A program made the position numbers and the translations under genes. A DNA stretch of 63,685 bases, filler included, from Octopus bimaculoides (Eukaryota), in the NCBI RefSeq assembly GCF_001194135.2. It is 6 parts of 4 records of this genome, joined end to end, with 100 filler letters (N's around TTAATTAATTAA, not from the genome) between each part and the next. Parts side by side here need not be neighbours in the genome. Positions count along the whole stretch, not along the records: positions 49,866 to 61,951 come from NC_068988.1; positions 62,052 to 63,685 come from NC_068984.1; 4 more parts are not named here. One strand, given 5' to 3'. Under the pieces are notes generated by a model that was not told the origin of the DNA, did not search any database, and saw nothing but the letters and a program-made list of their open reading frames with translations. Below are positions 50,733 to 63,677 of this stretch, one piece after another (the stretch's first letter is position 1; every line of letters starts with the position of its first letter).

Positions 50733-51418
50733 TGTGAGGCATTATTATGTGGTAATGCACTTATATAAATAAATAAATATATATATATATATATATATGT
50801 ATGCATTATGTGTGTATGTGTGTTTATACATGTGTGTGTATATGTCATGGGGAGTGTTTTAAACAAATGTAAATGACTTCCTAAAGATGCCATGCTAGAA
50901 TCATGAAAGTATTTTGAAATAATGAAGAATCTAATACATTATTGGTCACAAACACAATTCTTTCAATGTTAAATTGTATTTGCTAAATAGTGGAAATCAA
51001 ATGAAATTAAATAAATTTTCTTGAGACACAACAATTTTTACTTTTCCAGAGGAAATAGTTTTGTTAAATGATGTCTGTTATTTGTTAGAATTGTCAGCAA
51101 TCTTCGTGTAACTTACTTTGCAGTAATTTTTTTTTGTTTTTAATTCTTCATTTGGAATATGCTTTACTTATTTGAAAGTCTTTATGCTTCAATGTTTCTG
51201 CATTTATATATATTCAATCTTAGAAGGTAATTGATTCACAGTGTTTATTTTTTCGATAAATCAAAAGGTTATGCAGTTATGTAAATCTTTTGAGCCTAGA
51301 AATAAAATTGCTCATTTTGCCTTAGTTTAAGATGGTCAAATTTTGATTAGTCTTCACTTAGTCAATCACATTACTTGCTAAAGACTGGCAAACCAGCCTC
51401 AGCTTTCTGGCCCAAATA

Positions 51419-51660
51419 AGATCATCATCATCACCGTCGTCGTTTAATGTCCGCTTTCCATGCTAGCATGAGTTGGACGATTTGACTGAGGACTGGTGAA
51501 ACCAGATGGCTACACCAGGCTCCAATCTGATTTGGCTGAGTTTCTACAGCTGGATGCCCTTCCTAACGCCAACCACTCAGAGAGTGTAGTGGATGCTTTT
51601 ACATGCCACCAGCACAAAGGCCAGTCAGGCGGTACTGGCAACAGCCACGCTCAAAATGGT
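51419..51660 (-). mobile_element. Repeat family C (RTE-type non-autonomous/SINE-like, (ATG)n tail)
   Basis: Reverse complement: GGTTGGCGTTAGGAAGGGCATCCAGCTGTAGAAA..CGTCCAAC.CATGCTAGCATGGAAAGCGGACATTAAACGACG(ATG)n. Confidence 0.8.
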
Positions 51661-53124
51661 GTATTATTATTTAAATATGCATTTATTGATGAACAGCCTG
51701 TTTAGGTTCAGCATAATGCTTATTTAAGGAGCATGTATTTTTGGTATGAAAATGTTTGAAAAGGTAGCTAATACCCATTTATACATATTTAATTAGATTG
51801 ATCACATTTAGCTGGGAAAAGAACGATAGTAATAATATTTGAATTAGGACTCAAGTAAAATGATACGCATATACAATATGCTGAAATACTTTGCTAAGAA
51901 ATGTATTATCATGAAAGCAATCCTCAGGGTTTTCAAAACCTATTGTCTGTTACCCATTGGTAAAAATAATATACTTCATTCACAGTCAAGATAAGTTCCA
52001 TGTCAAGATAAATTCCATACTGCAAAACTAAGTTTTGTCAAATCTTTTGTTATAAAACAAACAAACATGATTGCTGCAAGACATGAATCCTTGGCAGATG
52101 TATAAACTAACAACTGACAATTAATCTTCCTTCATCTACTTAAGGCATGAAGATAAGTCAGAAGCTTCAAACTGCCAACATTAATACTTTATTTCTGACC
52201 TTATCTTAAAATGTTCTGTCATTTGCTTCCCATCTTGAACACCACCACATCTACATACCTAGAAGATTCATTACTGCAACTTTGAATTAATTACTACTGA
52301 CTGCACTTCACTTGGAGAAAGCAGTGCACATGACAGAAAAGTAGTGATATAAAGCATGAATTAGAGTGAGAGATGACACACATATGACACGACATAAAGT
52401 AGACAAAACTGTATGATGGACAACATTAAATTTTATACAAAAAATATAAGCAAAACAGTGATGTATTTGAGTAATTTATAACATTCTGGAAGTATATATA
52501 GACACACACATGCACATGTACACACACGCGTGCACACACACACACATACACACATGCACACACACACACCACACACAATCACACACACATATGCATACAC
52601 ATGTATGGAAATTTATGTAGATGAATATATTGATGTATACAGTGAAGATATATTTATTAATACATGTTTGAACTAATGTACTTGTTTTAATGCACTTCAA
52701 TAATTTATCACATTCTAAAGAACTAATATTGGCATGTTTAGCAAGGATGTATTATTAGTGCATTTCTAGACCATTTTTGAATTATAGAAGAATATCAAAT
52801 TAGCTAAACTATGTTGGATAAAAGCCAAGATGATATGAAACAAGTTTTGAGAATATACTGTCTTTATTACCTAGGCTTCTTAACCAAGTAATTCTCACAG
52901 CAACATCATATATCAATATCATCATCATTTAAAGTCTATGTTCAATGCTAACATGGATTGAAGAGTATGTGTATACACACACACACGTACATATTCATAC
53001 ATATACATACATATGTGTGTACATGCATGTGTGTGTGTGTGTGTATTTAATATACAATCCATGCTAGTATAGAAAATGGATATTAAATAATGATCATGAT
53101 AGGTAAATTGTGTAGAAACTCATG

Positions 53125-53175
<51 letters not shown>

Positions 53176-53179
<4 letters not shown>

Positions 53180-53480
53180 CATAGCTATGTGGTAAGAAGT
53201 TTGCTTCCCAACCACTTGGTTACAGGTTCAGTCCCACTCTGTGGCACTTGTGAGTGGATTTGGTAGACGAAGACTGAAATACGCCCATCATATGTATGTA
53301 TGTGTGTGTGTGTGTTTGTCCAACACTGCTTGACAAATAGATAGATTAAGCACCAGTCATGGACAAAGTAAGTACCAGTCTTAAAAAGATATACTGGGGT
53401 TGATCCATTCAACTACAAATTCTTCAAGGTAGTGCCCCAGCATAGCCACAGTCTAATGACTGAAACAAGTAAATGATAAA
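53176..53480 (+). mobile_element. SINE family B, complete but diverged
   Basis: Head, GGTTCAGTCCCAC, internal (TATG)/(TG) tract and ATGACTGAAACAAGTAAA tail. Confidence 0.82.
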
Positions 53481-54649
53481 TGATATGTATTTATACTAAA
53501 TTTATTGAGTGAGACACTCAATACGTTTAGTAGGAGTTACATATATTTCTATTTAAAACTGTTTGAGGACCCATACATGTATCCTAATCTCTTCTCGAAA
53601 GCACATGTATACAGCAAGCATTAACACACACATATCTGCGCACATACACACTCATGTACATGCAGCTAACACATACACCTAAAACTTAGCCTCACAGGTA
53701 CTCTCACATGTCTGAAATGCATCCACAACCATGCTTACACACATACATACATATCAATGAGCTGATACCATCAGTCCTTGCTCATATGCAAACCTTCATT
53801 CACATGCCAGCTTAGATGCACATATCCCGTACGCACACACATAGCCCACACATATGCATATGCATCAGACACTCATATCCATACAATCATCCATCAAGTA
53901 CATACACACCTCTTCATCAACCTTATTTCTGTCATCTTCCAAGTCCCTTTAAAGGTTGGCCAGACACCAAGATGCCACCAGCTTCCTCTCCATCTTCATG
54001 GTCCAAGAAATTTTACTTGCCAATGCATCTAGTGTCGCTGTAAAGTCAATCACATTTCCAATAATATCATGTGACCCACCTCCACCAATATCAGCCCAAT
54101 TTCCAGTAGCTATCTTGGATTTCCTGTACCTCTTCATTTGGTAATCTAAGCCTGAATGAGCTAGGTTCTTGTAAGAAGCCTACAAAACCTTAAGTTGCAG
54201 AGAGACAATTCAAACACTTTTAAATAAAATATATGTAACTCTTAATAAATAAGTTTTAAATAATAATATAATATTAAATATATATAACTTAGATAACTTA
54301 GGTTTTGACCAGAGATTGGTCCAGACCATGTCTAACTTAATAGCACCACCTGATAGGAGTAGCTAAATCCTTTTTAAGTCAAGTTTTGTGGTATCATGGT
54401 CCATTTGAGTAGGGAGGTCTTGTTGAGTAAGTTGTGTCAAGGTATAGGTGGCTTAGCTGCTATTCCTTGAAGAAATTTGTCCGGGTTCCATTTAAAGATG
54501 ATGGGATCCTTTTCCTCTTTGATCTATTTTGGGACAATGTTAAATAGGACAAGGCCTGTTGAAGCAAAGAAACCGTGCTGCAGTGTATTTATGCGCTGTG
54601 ATCCTCAATTGGATATATATATATAAATTCATACATTTATATATGCATT

Positions 54650-54686
<37 letters not shown>

Positions 54687-55444
54687 GTAGCTAGTAGAGT
54701 GTGTGCTACCCCCAGACCCCACAAAAAGCACATATTGCCTAGAGCAGACCTAAAAGTGCCACCATTAGTAGACTGCCCCTACCACCTCCAAACCAACTAT
54801 GCTAGCATATGCACAGTACTAAGAAATAATGCGTTATATACATTTAATTGCATCAGTTGTTTCAGATATGCATTTGGATGCATTCATGCTTCAGTTTTAT
54901 CAATCAATCGATTGCTCAACTAAAAATAAAGGTAACTACCAGTACAATGCTATCTTTGTCAGCATCAAAACAAATCAATTGGGAAAGAGATGGAAGAAAG
55001 GAGAAATAATATAGAATTTGGTCAGTGTGGCATTTGTACAGAACTAGGTTGCCTGTTTCTAGCCATCAACCTTAAACTATTGTTCTCTTTTACCATGAAT
55101 GAATAGTATTGACATCCAGTAAAGAAATTTGATACCCAACAACCTTGATAGGGTCAGCAGCAGGCTCTTGGCAGTTACTATATTATGGAAGTGATGTGAG
55201 GGTGAAGTATTTCCAAATATACAAACCAAAAGGAAGTTATGGCATTGCTAATTATCTTAAAATCTGAAGTATCATAGAAGAAATAAATGAATTAAAAATG
55301 CAGAGAGACTGTATAAAAGATTTATGTATACAAATATTAACCAGTTTCACTTTAGTATGATTTTCAAATATGTAAGTTTTGATATACATGTAACTGTTTC
55401 ACAAGCTGTATCATTTCTAAAATTCTTTCATTTTAGAGAGAGAC

Positions 55445-55655
55445 CGCTGGACTGGCCCTCATGCCGGTGGCATGTAAAAAGCACCCACTACACTCTCGGA
55501 GTGGTTGGCGTTAGGAAGGGCATCCAGCTGAAGAAACTCTGCCAGATCAGATTGGAGTCTGGTGTAGCCATCCGCTTCGCCAGTCCCCAGTCAAATCGTC
55601 CAACCCATGCTAGCATGGAAACGGACGTTAAATGATGATGATGATGATGATGAAT
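55445..55655 (+). mobile_element. Repeat family C copy
   Basis: GGTTGGCGTTAGGAAGGGCATCCAGC..GGACGTTAA(ATG)n; further copies at 60412-60560 (+) and 61475-61630 (+). Confidence 0.85.
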
Positions 55656-57658
55656 GTAGCTCAGATCACTATCAGTTAATATACAGTTTGCTAGGTTGAA
55701 GAAGGTAATGAAACTCTTTGGTTACTTCTCTGCTATGTCTGTTTACTAAGATCATGTATGTGATATCCACATGGAGAGGTAACATCAAAAGTTTAGTCCA
55801 GTTGATAAGTAACATGACAATCAGGTCAATATCTTAAGTAGGGGATGTCAGTTAGTTGTGACAAACATCAGTTATATAGGAAGTTTTCTTTCTCTGCTAG
55901 TCTGTTTGTTATACCATTACACTTTCTGTGTGTCCATAACTTGCATTGGATATGAGCAGTTATCTTATTTAGTTATATTATTTAGCCAAGTTATCTTATG
56001 TAGCCAAAGTGTAGTGACATTTGAGTGTCATATATAAAACTTCAGTGAATGATTCATACATTCTTACAATCTTGCAAATTAGGTCAATTCTTATAATAAA
56101 GCAGTCCACAAAGAAGTATTACTCCCAAAGTATTTAGGGTGCATAGCTGATATATATATATATAAATACACACACATACACACATATATACATGCATATA
56201 CCTGCAATTAAAATTGCTAAAAAATCTCATGGGAATAAAGTATAATTATTTTGCTCCTAAATTTTCACAACACCTATTTGAAAAAAGCTGTATTTGCAGA
56301 GCAAATATAAACAGAAAGAGAGGAGTGTGGGAGCATGTGTTAGATTAATCAAAGAAACACCACATGCATATGCATGCACTCACACACACACACACATGCG
56401 CACACACATGCACACACATACACACACACACACGCACACACACACACAGGTAAAGAAGACTTAGTGAAAATCTGTGAAACTGAAATGAAGATAACTGAAA
56501 TTTACTATGCTCAAAATTGAAGTGTAATTAGTCAGCTTTAAAGAAAGTGATGATTCACGTTTATCAACAGACACTTTTAAACAGCCATGGAAAGCATTCA
56601 CAGTGAATGGTGAATCATATATCATTGATGCTTGCATAGCCTATTTAACCATGGTTTGTATATTTTAATAAAGCACATTGTTAAAGTAGAAAAACCATGA
56701 ATTTGTGAGATTTGGTTGTTGCGCATATGTCCAAATGTTGACTGAGTGGTATGGCTTCTACAGTTGGGTGCTTTATTGATGGTGAAATCTCCAGTGAGGT
56801 TGCTAAGCAGCCTGCAAGACTAAGATCCCCATTAACTGAGTGGAGCTACAGTAAGGAAGAAAGCAATTATTTGCTAATGGGGGAGCAGTTAAAAATGAAA
56901 GAGAATGGTCCTGGAGAGAAATGGTTTCTTACTGTAGAGGAGCTACACAACTACTTACATTATAAAAGAAATGGTTGGCGTGGTCAGACTGGAGCTAGAA
57001 AGAGATTGATATAAAGCTGATTAGGTATCAGATTGGACCCTAATGATACGAAAGCAAGTAGAAGTGAGTGGGGACTGAAGAATAGGAAATGCAGCTGAGA
57101 AGAGGTTGCATGAGTGTATGGAAAAGTGAGATATAGTTAGTGATTAGAAATGGGGAAGAACAACTGATGAGAGATGATAGGTAGGGTTGTGGGTGTGAGG
57201 GATGTCTGATGATACCTGAGATGGGGGAGATAGAGTACAGGAGATTACCAATAGTGCAGAAAAGAAGATGGCAGTAGAGTAATAATAATAATGATGCAGC
57301 AGACAAGCAAAGATTGAGAGAGTATGGCAAAATGAAACGAAGGAGATGACATGTGGCAGGGTAGTGTCATGACATGTGGCAGGTTAGTGTGTAAGAGTGT
57401 AGAGTAGACATAGTGCATGGAGGAGGGCGAGACATATGGTGGTGGAGGAGAGATAATTTGGAGCCTCAGGAAGATGGTCAATGTAAAATGTGGATGAAGA
57501 GGAAAGTGATAAGAATGAAAGATGGATAATAAATGAAATGGTATTGGCTAGTAAGAAAGGTAAGTAGTATGAGATAAAAGCTAGAGAACTATACAGTTTT
57601 GTACATTATTTACATTATTTACATTTGCCAGATATTTGTCCTCATCTTGTTTGTTGTT

Positions 57659-57704
57659 AACACAACGTTTCAGCTGATATACCCTCCAGCCTTCTTCAGG
57701 TGTC
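57659..57704 (-). ncRNA. Minimal type I hammerhead ribozyme motif (best-preserved copy of the pair)
   Basis: GACAC|CTGAAGA|A|GGCTG-GAGGGTATAT-CAGCT|GAAAC|GTT^GTGTT: 5-bp stem I (one GU), 5-bp stem II (one GU), palindromic ACGT stem III as in Penelope-associated dimeric hammerheads. Confidence 0.72.
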
Positions 57705-57857
57705 TTGGGGAAATTTCGAACCTGGGTTCTCATTCCTCAGGTATTTTTCATTATTATTATTATTATTATTATTCAGGTCAGTGCTTGGAATCGAACTCAC
57801 AATAATAACATCGAAAAATACCTTAGGAATGAGAACCCAGGTTTGAAATTTCCCCAA

Positions 57858-57903
57858 GACACCTGATGAAGGCTGGAGGGTATATCAGCCGAAATGTTGT
57901 ACT
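57858..57903 (+). ncRNA. Second, partly decayed hammerhead motif
   Basis: GACAC|CTGATGA|A|GGCTG..CAGCC|GAAAT|GTT^GTACT: perfect stem II; CpG-type C>T in stem III and two mismatches in stem I. Confidence 0.55.
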
Positions 57904-60014
57904 AACAACAAACAAGATGAGAATAGATATCCGTTGAATGTAAATAATGTACATAATTCCCCATCTCTTAAATACAGAACTGTATGCAGTTTTACTCATG
58001 TTTAATTACAGTAGCAGAATAACACAGAGAGATGTTAGGTGAGTGAAAATATTTTGAGGTAAACATTGCATGGGTGTGCAATTGTGTATATGAGTATGTT
58101 TGTGTGTATGTATGTGCGTGTGTGTGTGCATGTGAGTGTATGTGTGTTGATGAGAGACATAGAGAGAGAGAGAGATTCCAGAATCTCAGTTTCACCAAAA
58201 TGGGTGGGATCTTCTCAAGAACTGCATATTGCTACTTATCCCTGAGTCTTTGTCATCTTTTCTGCCAGTGCATCAGTTACATAAGAAGTTCACTTTCTCT
58301 GTTAGTCTATCTCTTATTCCATTACACTTTCTGTGTCCACATCCTGCATTGGATACAATGTATGTAGTTAATACTTACTCCTTTTCTGCATATCAAGAGC
58401 AGCTATTTTCCTGATGATACCAGAGCCTACCCTGTCTTCCTTCTTTCTTACTGAAACTTTAAAGGTTTTCTAAGTTTACCTTCAGAACTCTTGATTTTAG
58501 GATTATCGTTCGTGCCAGAAATTTCATCTTTAATCCCTCTTTAGATTTAACTATGAAAAATAGATGAACAACATAAAGGAGTTTCCATGGACAGCCAATC
58601 TTAAACTAATCTATGATGGTCTGTAGGACCATAATAAATAGAAGAGCATTTATCACTGATCCTTGATAGACTCCTACCCTCATGTAAAATTCATCAGTGA
58701 ACTTTACTTCCTGCATCTTTGGGAATAGCTTATACAGTCCTCGCAAGCCATTTGTCTATACCCAGTTTCCTTAGTGACAACAAAATTACTGAAAATGTTC
58801 CACATTCTCCATTCAACAAAGACCAATGCATTATCAGATTATGTATAAAAGATTAGTGTTTATTGTGTGGTAAAATATAAAATTTGTTGTATATAGTTCA
58901 TATTTTCTACTGTTTGCAATCACAGTATTCAGCTATTTAATGTGTGTAACATAATCTTCAAACAATTTACCATATTAGAATGTTCAGCATGTTTTATTAT
59001 TGAATCTATTTCACTAATTTGTATTCGTATTGCTACAGAGAAAACCTGATTAGAGTTAATGGTAGCATTGTGAAGAGTAGTTTGTGATATCATTCAAGGT
59101 AGATAAAAGTAATGCGAGATTAGCGTGATTGATAATTCTCCTCTCTATTTGTCATGCCTTTATTCAGTGAGTATTCAATTACAATTGCTATGTGAAAATG
59201 TTTAGAATTGAAATTGGAAATTCCAGAATAATGAATGTTCCAGAATGAAATCAGATTGTTCCAAAGATAGATGAAGTAGGTATTTTTGAGAGATGCCACA
59301 TTTTAAAAATAAGACAACTGAATAACTGCAGTGGTGGTGCTGATGCAATTGGAAGAGAGAAATCATCCCAAAACTGTCACAGTAGTAATGAAGGTAGTAA
59401 TGGTGGTAGCAATCACAAAGGGATCATGATGTTATGAGAGTCATAAATATGAATGGTTGTAAATATAGGTATTGTGTATGGTGATGGATAATTGCAAAAA
59501 AAAACTATGATAATTTAAGAGGAGATGCAAATTGTTAGAAGTAATATAGGTGTTTCCATGTGTGAGACATATATGTATATATGATGTATGTATATNNNNN
59601 NNNNNNNNNNNNNNNNNNNNNNNNNNNNNNNNNNNNNNNNNNNNNNNNNNNNNNNNNNNNNNNNNNNNNNNNNNNNNNNNNNNNNNNNNNNNNNNTATGC
59701 ATGTATGTATACACATGCATATATGTACATACATAGACACACACACACACACACATATACATACATATACATAAACACATATTCATATATGCATATGCAT
59801 ACACACATATGTGCTGCATTCAAAAGCATCTGATTCTGTTTTCTCATCAAAACTAATGCAGCATGGGCAAAATTCTTTAGGTGGGAGTTTATGCCAACCC
59901 AACCTTCTTCTGCATGTCCCAAAATTCTTATGCTGATAAGCTGCATCAGTTCCCAGCTGTAATGCATAGAGTACAGATGTGCAGTGTGCACTCATCCAAT
60001 TTTCGTTTTGCTGA

Positions 60015-60190
60015 ATGCAATGAACAGAGTTATTGCATCAAATTTGCCAAAGGTATGGTGGTACTCAAGCCCAAACTTTTCAGAAGATTCAGCAGGCCTT
60101 TAGCGATAATGCCATGAGCAAAACTCAGATCACTGAGTGGTACTACAACTTCAAACATGGCTGTACCTCAGTGGAGAGTGAGGCATGAAA
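60015..60190 (+). pseudogene. Mariner N-terminal (HTH) relic
   Basis: With one frameshift: EQSYCIKF-QRYGGTQAQTFQKIQQAFSDNAMSKTQITEWYYNFKHGCTSVESE. Confidence 0.7.
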
Positions 60191-61378
60191 TGATATGGTT
60201 GAGCATCTTCCTGCCCAACTTTGTAGTTTTATGCATAGTCACACTGCATGGCATCTTGAGAAAGTCTTTTCTAGTATAGTCCCTGGACAACTAAAGCATT
60301 GTGATCGGATTTTGTTGATGGAAATAGAAAGAAGCTCATTGTGTGTGTGTGTGTGTGTAAATATGTATGCATATTACGTTAAAGACACACATGCTGATGA
60401 CATATAAAAGGTGCCCAGTACACTCCGTGGAGTGCTTGGTGTTAGGAAGGGCATCAAGATATAGAAACCACGTCAAAACAGACTGGAGCCTGGTGCAGCC
60501 ACCTGCCTTACCACTTCCAACCAAATTGTCTAACCCATGCCACCATGGAAAACAGACACTCAATAATAATGATAATGATGATGATAATATGCAATTATGT
60601 AAAGACATACATATGCACACATTCCTCTACATTTACATAACATCGTTAGTACATATCTTAGGAGCCCTGTAAATGAACAATACTCATCACCATAAAAAGA
60701 ATTAGAGAAGAAATGAGACATCATCTTGTTCAACTACCTCTTTTCTTAACCCATTACCTCCCATAATTCTATCAACTGGAATTTTTTTATGAAACTATGA
60801 TTTCTAGCATAAAACAGCCTTAGAAACACGTTGGAATGATCAAAATAACATTTTAAATAGAAATAAGCGAGATATTGGGTGAAAAATTTGCAAAGCTCAT
60901 TTGAATATCAGAGAAATATACCTAGTAGATATAACAAAAAGGTTAGATATGTGTAAATATTGACAGATAATTACGAAATTTGTAATTTTTAAGTGATCTC
61001 ATATGAGATCACAGGTAGGTAATGGGTTAAAGTCAGGAAAATAAATTATAACCCTGCTCACATCCACTACCAATAAATAAAGCAACATCACTAGCTTCAG
61101 CTATCCCACCAGCTGAATTTCCCGAACGAACATGATACTTTATTAGGACAAATCACAAAATACTTCTAATTCAACCCAAAGTACTAAAAGATATTCACTA
61201 GGAACAACACAGAAGTTGATACAGCGGCAAAGGAAAATTATTAAATAATATATTTTACTTCATGTGTATAGTAAACTATATTGCTTTCTGGGTAAACTCA
61301 GCTATTTGAATATGTATATATGTGTGTAAATGTATCTGTGTTTATATACAAGTGTGTGTGTGAGTGGACACATACGTA

Positions 61379-61413
<35 letters not shown>

Positions 61414-62058
61414 NNNNNNNNNNATGTATATATATATATAGATATTGTGCAAAAAGCAGCCACTACTCTCTATAAAGAGGTTGGCATTAGAAAGAGCATC
61501 CAGCCATAGAAACCATGTCAAAATCAGACAAATGGAGCCTGATATAGCTCTCTGGTTTGCCAGCTCCTTTCAAATCATTGAACCAATGCCAGTATGGTAA
61601 ATGGACATTAAATGATGATGATGGTGATGATGGTGTTAAAAGGATAAAAACCCAAACCATGTCCTCCTGAAAAACATGTTCAAATTCCAGATATCAATTG
61701 TAGGTGTTTTATTTTAAATGAGAAAATTGATACATACAAGTTAAAATTCATGTAAGTATTAAAACAAGGACTGGAAATTGAGGTACTATTTTAATACTGT
61801 TACATAGATTTCATCACAACATGGGAAATATATTTTATGAATATAAATATTAATAATAAAATGAATGTACTTAATTCCTAATAAAATTACACATACATTC
61901 AGAACATGTCCCACATGTAAATCTTCTGCGATATTCTCAAAATAACACCCTNNNNNNNNNNNNNNNNNNNNNNNNNNNNNNNNNNNNNNNNNNNNTTAAT
62001 TAATTAANNNNNNNNNNNNNNNNNNNNNNNNNNNNNNNNNNNNNNNNNNNNCAATACA

Positions 62059-62112
62059 TATATAGGAAAGTTGGTTATACATCATTAGATGTATACCTGA
62101 CTTTCCTATATA
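62059..62112. repeat. 25-bp near-perfect hairpin with 4-nt loop
   Basis: TATATAGGAAAGTTGGTTATACATC-ATTA-GATGTATACCTGACTTTCCTATATA. Confidence 0.85.
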
Positions 62113-62172
62113 ATATTAAGAATATAACGGATCGCTGAACTCCAGACTATCAACTTAAACAACATATATTCA

Positions 62173-62423
62173 GGTGGTAAATATATACATCTTTAGCTCT
62201 TGTTTGTTGTTATAACTTCTGTGTGTGTGAGCATTGTTGTTGGGACGTTGGTATGTAGATGTAAGCGAGCTGTCGAGCGTAAGTTCGAAAGATGGAGAGA
62301 GACAACTAAACACGTCCATGCTCAATCGCTGGCCAGCAAGAAAGAGACAGAATAGAAGCGGGAACGCTTGGTTGTTGAATTCCACGCATGCGTGAGACTA
62401 CGCATGCGCACGGCGTTACTACA
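62173..62423 (-). mobile_element. Probable LTR (~250 bp)
   Basis: Minus strand begins TGTAGTAAC and ends TTACCACC (degenerate inverse). CpG-rich with two CGCATGCG motifs; no TSD or PPT seen. Confidence 0.45.
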
Positions 62424-62831
62424 GCCTAATGTTTTGGGAATGGACAAAACTGAAACTAGAGAGACACATACCAATGATACCACAGTGAACATACCAATAC
62501 ATACAATAGTGAACTTTGTGTCAACATATCTAATGCAGGAACTGTAAAAAAGTTAACTATAGAAAAAAATGCGGTAAGAATATCTGTAATATAATATAAC
62601 ATAATACAATGTAATTTGATATAATATCTAAAGGAGGTAAAGACCCCCTTCGGTCACGAATGACTATGGGATTGTACCGTAAAAGTGTTTCCTTCTTAGG
62701 CATGTAAAATTTTGATAGTTGTCATAGAGACTTTAGAAATGTCTGAGTGTTCAGCACTAATAGGGAAAAACACAGTTTGAGCCTTTTTTTTACAAAAGGA
62801 ATGCTGAAAAATGCAATAATATACAATGCAG

Positions 62832-63395
62832 TCAAATATAAATTGTCTTGGAGAGTTTCTTCGGCCAGTGCACTGTACGGCCAGACCTAGTGACATAGGG
62901 TTCACTTGTGGTAGTTCTCAACGATGAAGGTGGAGTTTTCACAGGTGTATGTGTTGGTGATGGTGATGATAAAGGTGTATGCGTTGGTGATGGTATTGAC
63001 AAAGGTATATGCAAAGGTTGAAAAGTGAGTATGTCAGTATTGTCAACGAAAGATGTAGTTTTATCAAAATACGGTTTCTTCAGACGGTCGACAGACACGG
63101 TCTCCGTACGACCATTAACGTCTATTTAAAAAATTTGGGTGTGCGAGAGAGCACACGAAAGGGTCCTTTATAAGGAGAAACAAGGGGTCCTCTGACAGAA
63201 TCATCCCTAACAAACACATGTGTCCAAGAATCAATGTCTGATGGCACTTTAGAAGGTGGAAATTGTTGCCGGGGACTCATGGTAGGAAGGTTAGAAAAAT
63301 AATCTCGTAATCGAGTGACATAGGATGCTGGATTTGGAGGCTGTAATTTGTCTGGTACCAACATCGTACCAGGCAATGCCAGTGTGGTACTGTTA
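62832..63395 (-). pseudogene. Gypsy integrase C-terminal (GPY/F) relic with one frameshift
   Basis: TTLALPGTMLVP..HVFVRDDSVRGPLVSPYKGPFRVLSRTPKFFK-IDVNGRTETVSVDRLKKPY..VTRSGRTVHWPKKL; 30-bp tandem repeat at ~62942-63010. Confidence 0.9.
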
Positions 63396-63431
63396 TATGG
63401 ACTGTTGGATTTGTGTTCGTCTGAAGTCCTA

Positions 63432-63677
63432 TGTCAATGTGGTTCGTCAAAGTTCATTGTTTCATTGTTGTTGTCTTGTGTGACTGTCGTAGTAAAATGT
63501 CATTGATATATATGGCGGACATGACTCTTGTTTTATTTACAACGAACATTGGGTGAGTGCGTTCTTTGTATGTAATTGAATAATAAATGTAATAATTAAA
63601 TTGTACAACTCGTTGTGTTATCTCTGCGAGTCTTCCGAGGGAAATACAACAGAGTTTATTGGCGTCGCCGGTAGGAT
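63432..63677 (+). mobile_element. Probable 5' LTR plus primer-binding site of an oppositely oriented LTR element
   Basis: TG start at ~63432, AATAAA at 63582, ..ACAACA end at 63651, then 18-nt PBS TGGCGTCGCCGGTAGGAT (63660-63677), whose complement has exact tRNA 3'-end geometry with discriminator G (Ser-like). Confidence 0.55.

Larger units (their letters stand above)
57600..57953. mobile_element. Head-to-head pair of a Penelope-type/SINE-like short repeat: arms 57600-57749 (-) and 57813-57953 (+), with a tRNA B-box remnant between
   Basis: Arms are reverse complements. The spacer holds (TTA)n and GGAATCGAACTC (57787-57798; GAGTTCGATTCC on -). Each arm contains CTGANGA..GAAA(C/T)GTT. Confidence 0.85.

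Noticed and set aside
54060-54105. DIGGGGS as an ASKHA/Ppx phosphate-binding motif
   Set aside because: Isolated short match with no surrounding family features.
55445-55560. HDV-like ribozyme in the RTE-type family C 5' region
   Set aside because: Plausible by analogy to RTE elements, but I could not assemble the nested double pseudoknot by eye; needs a descriptor search.
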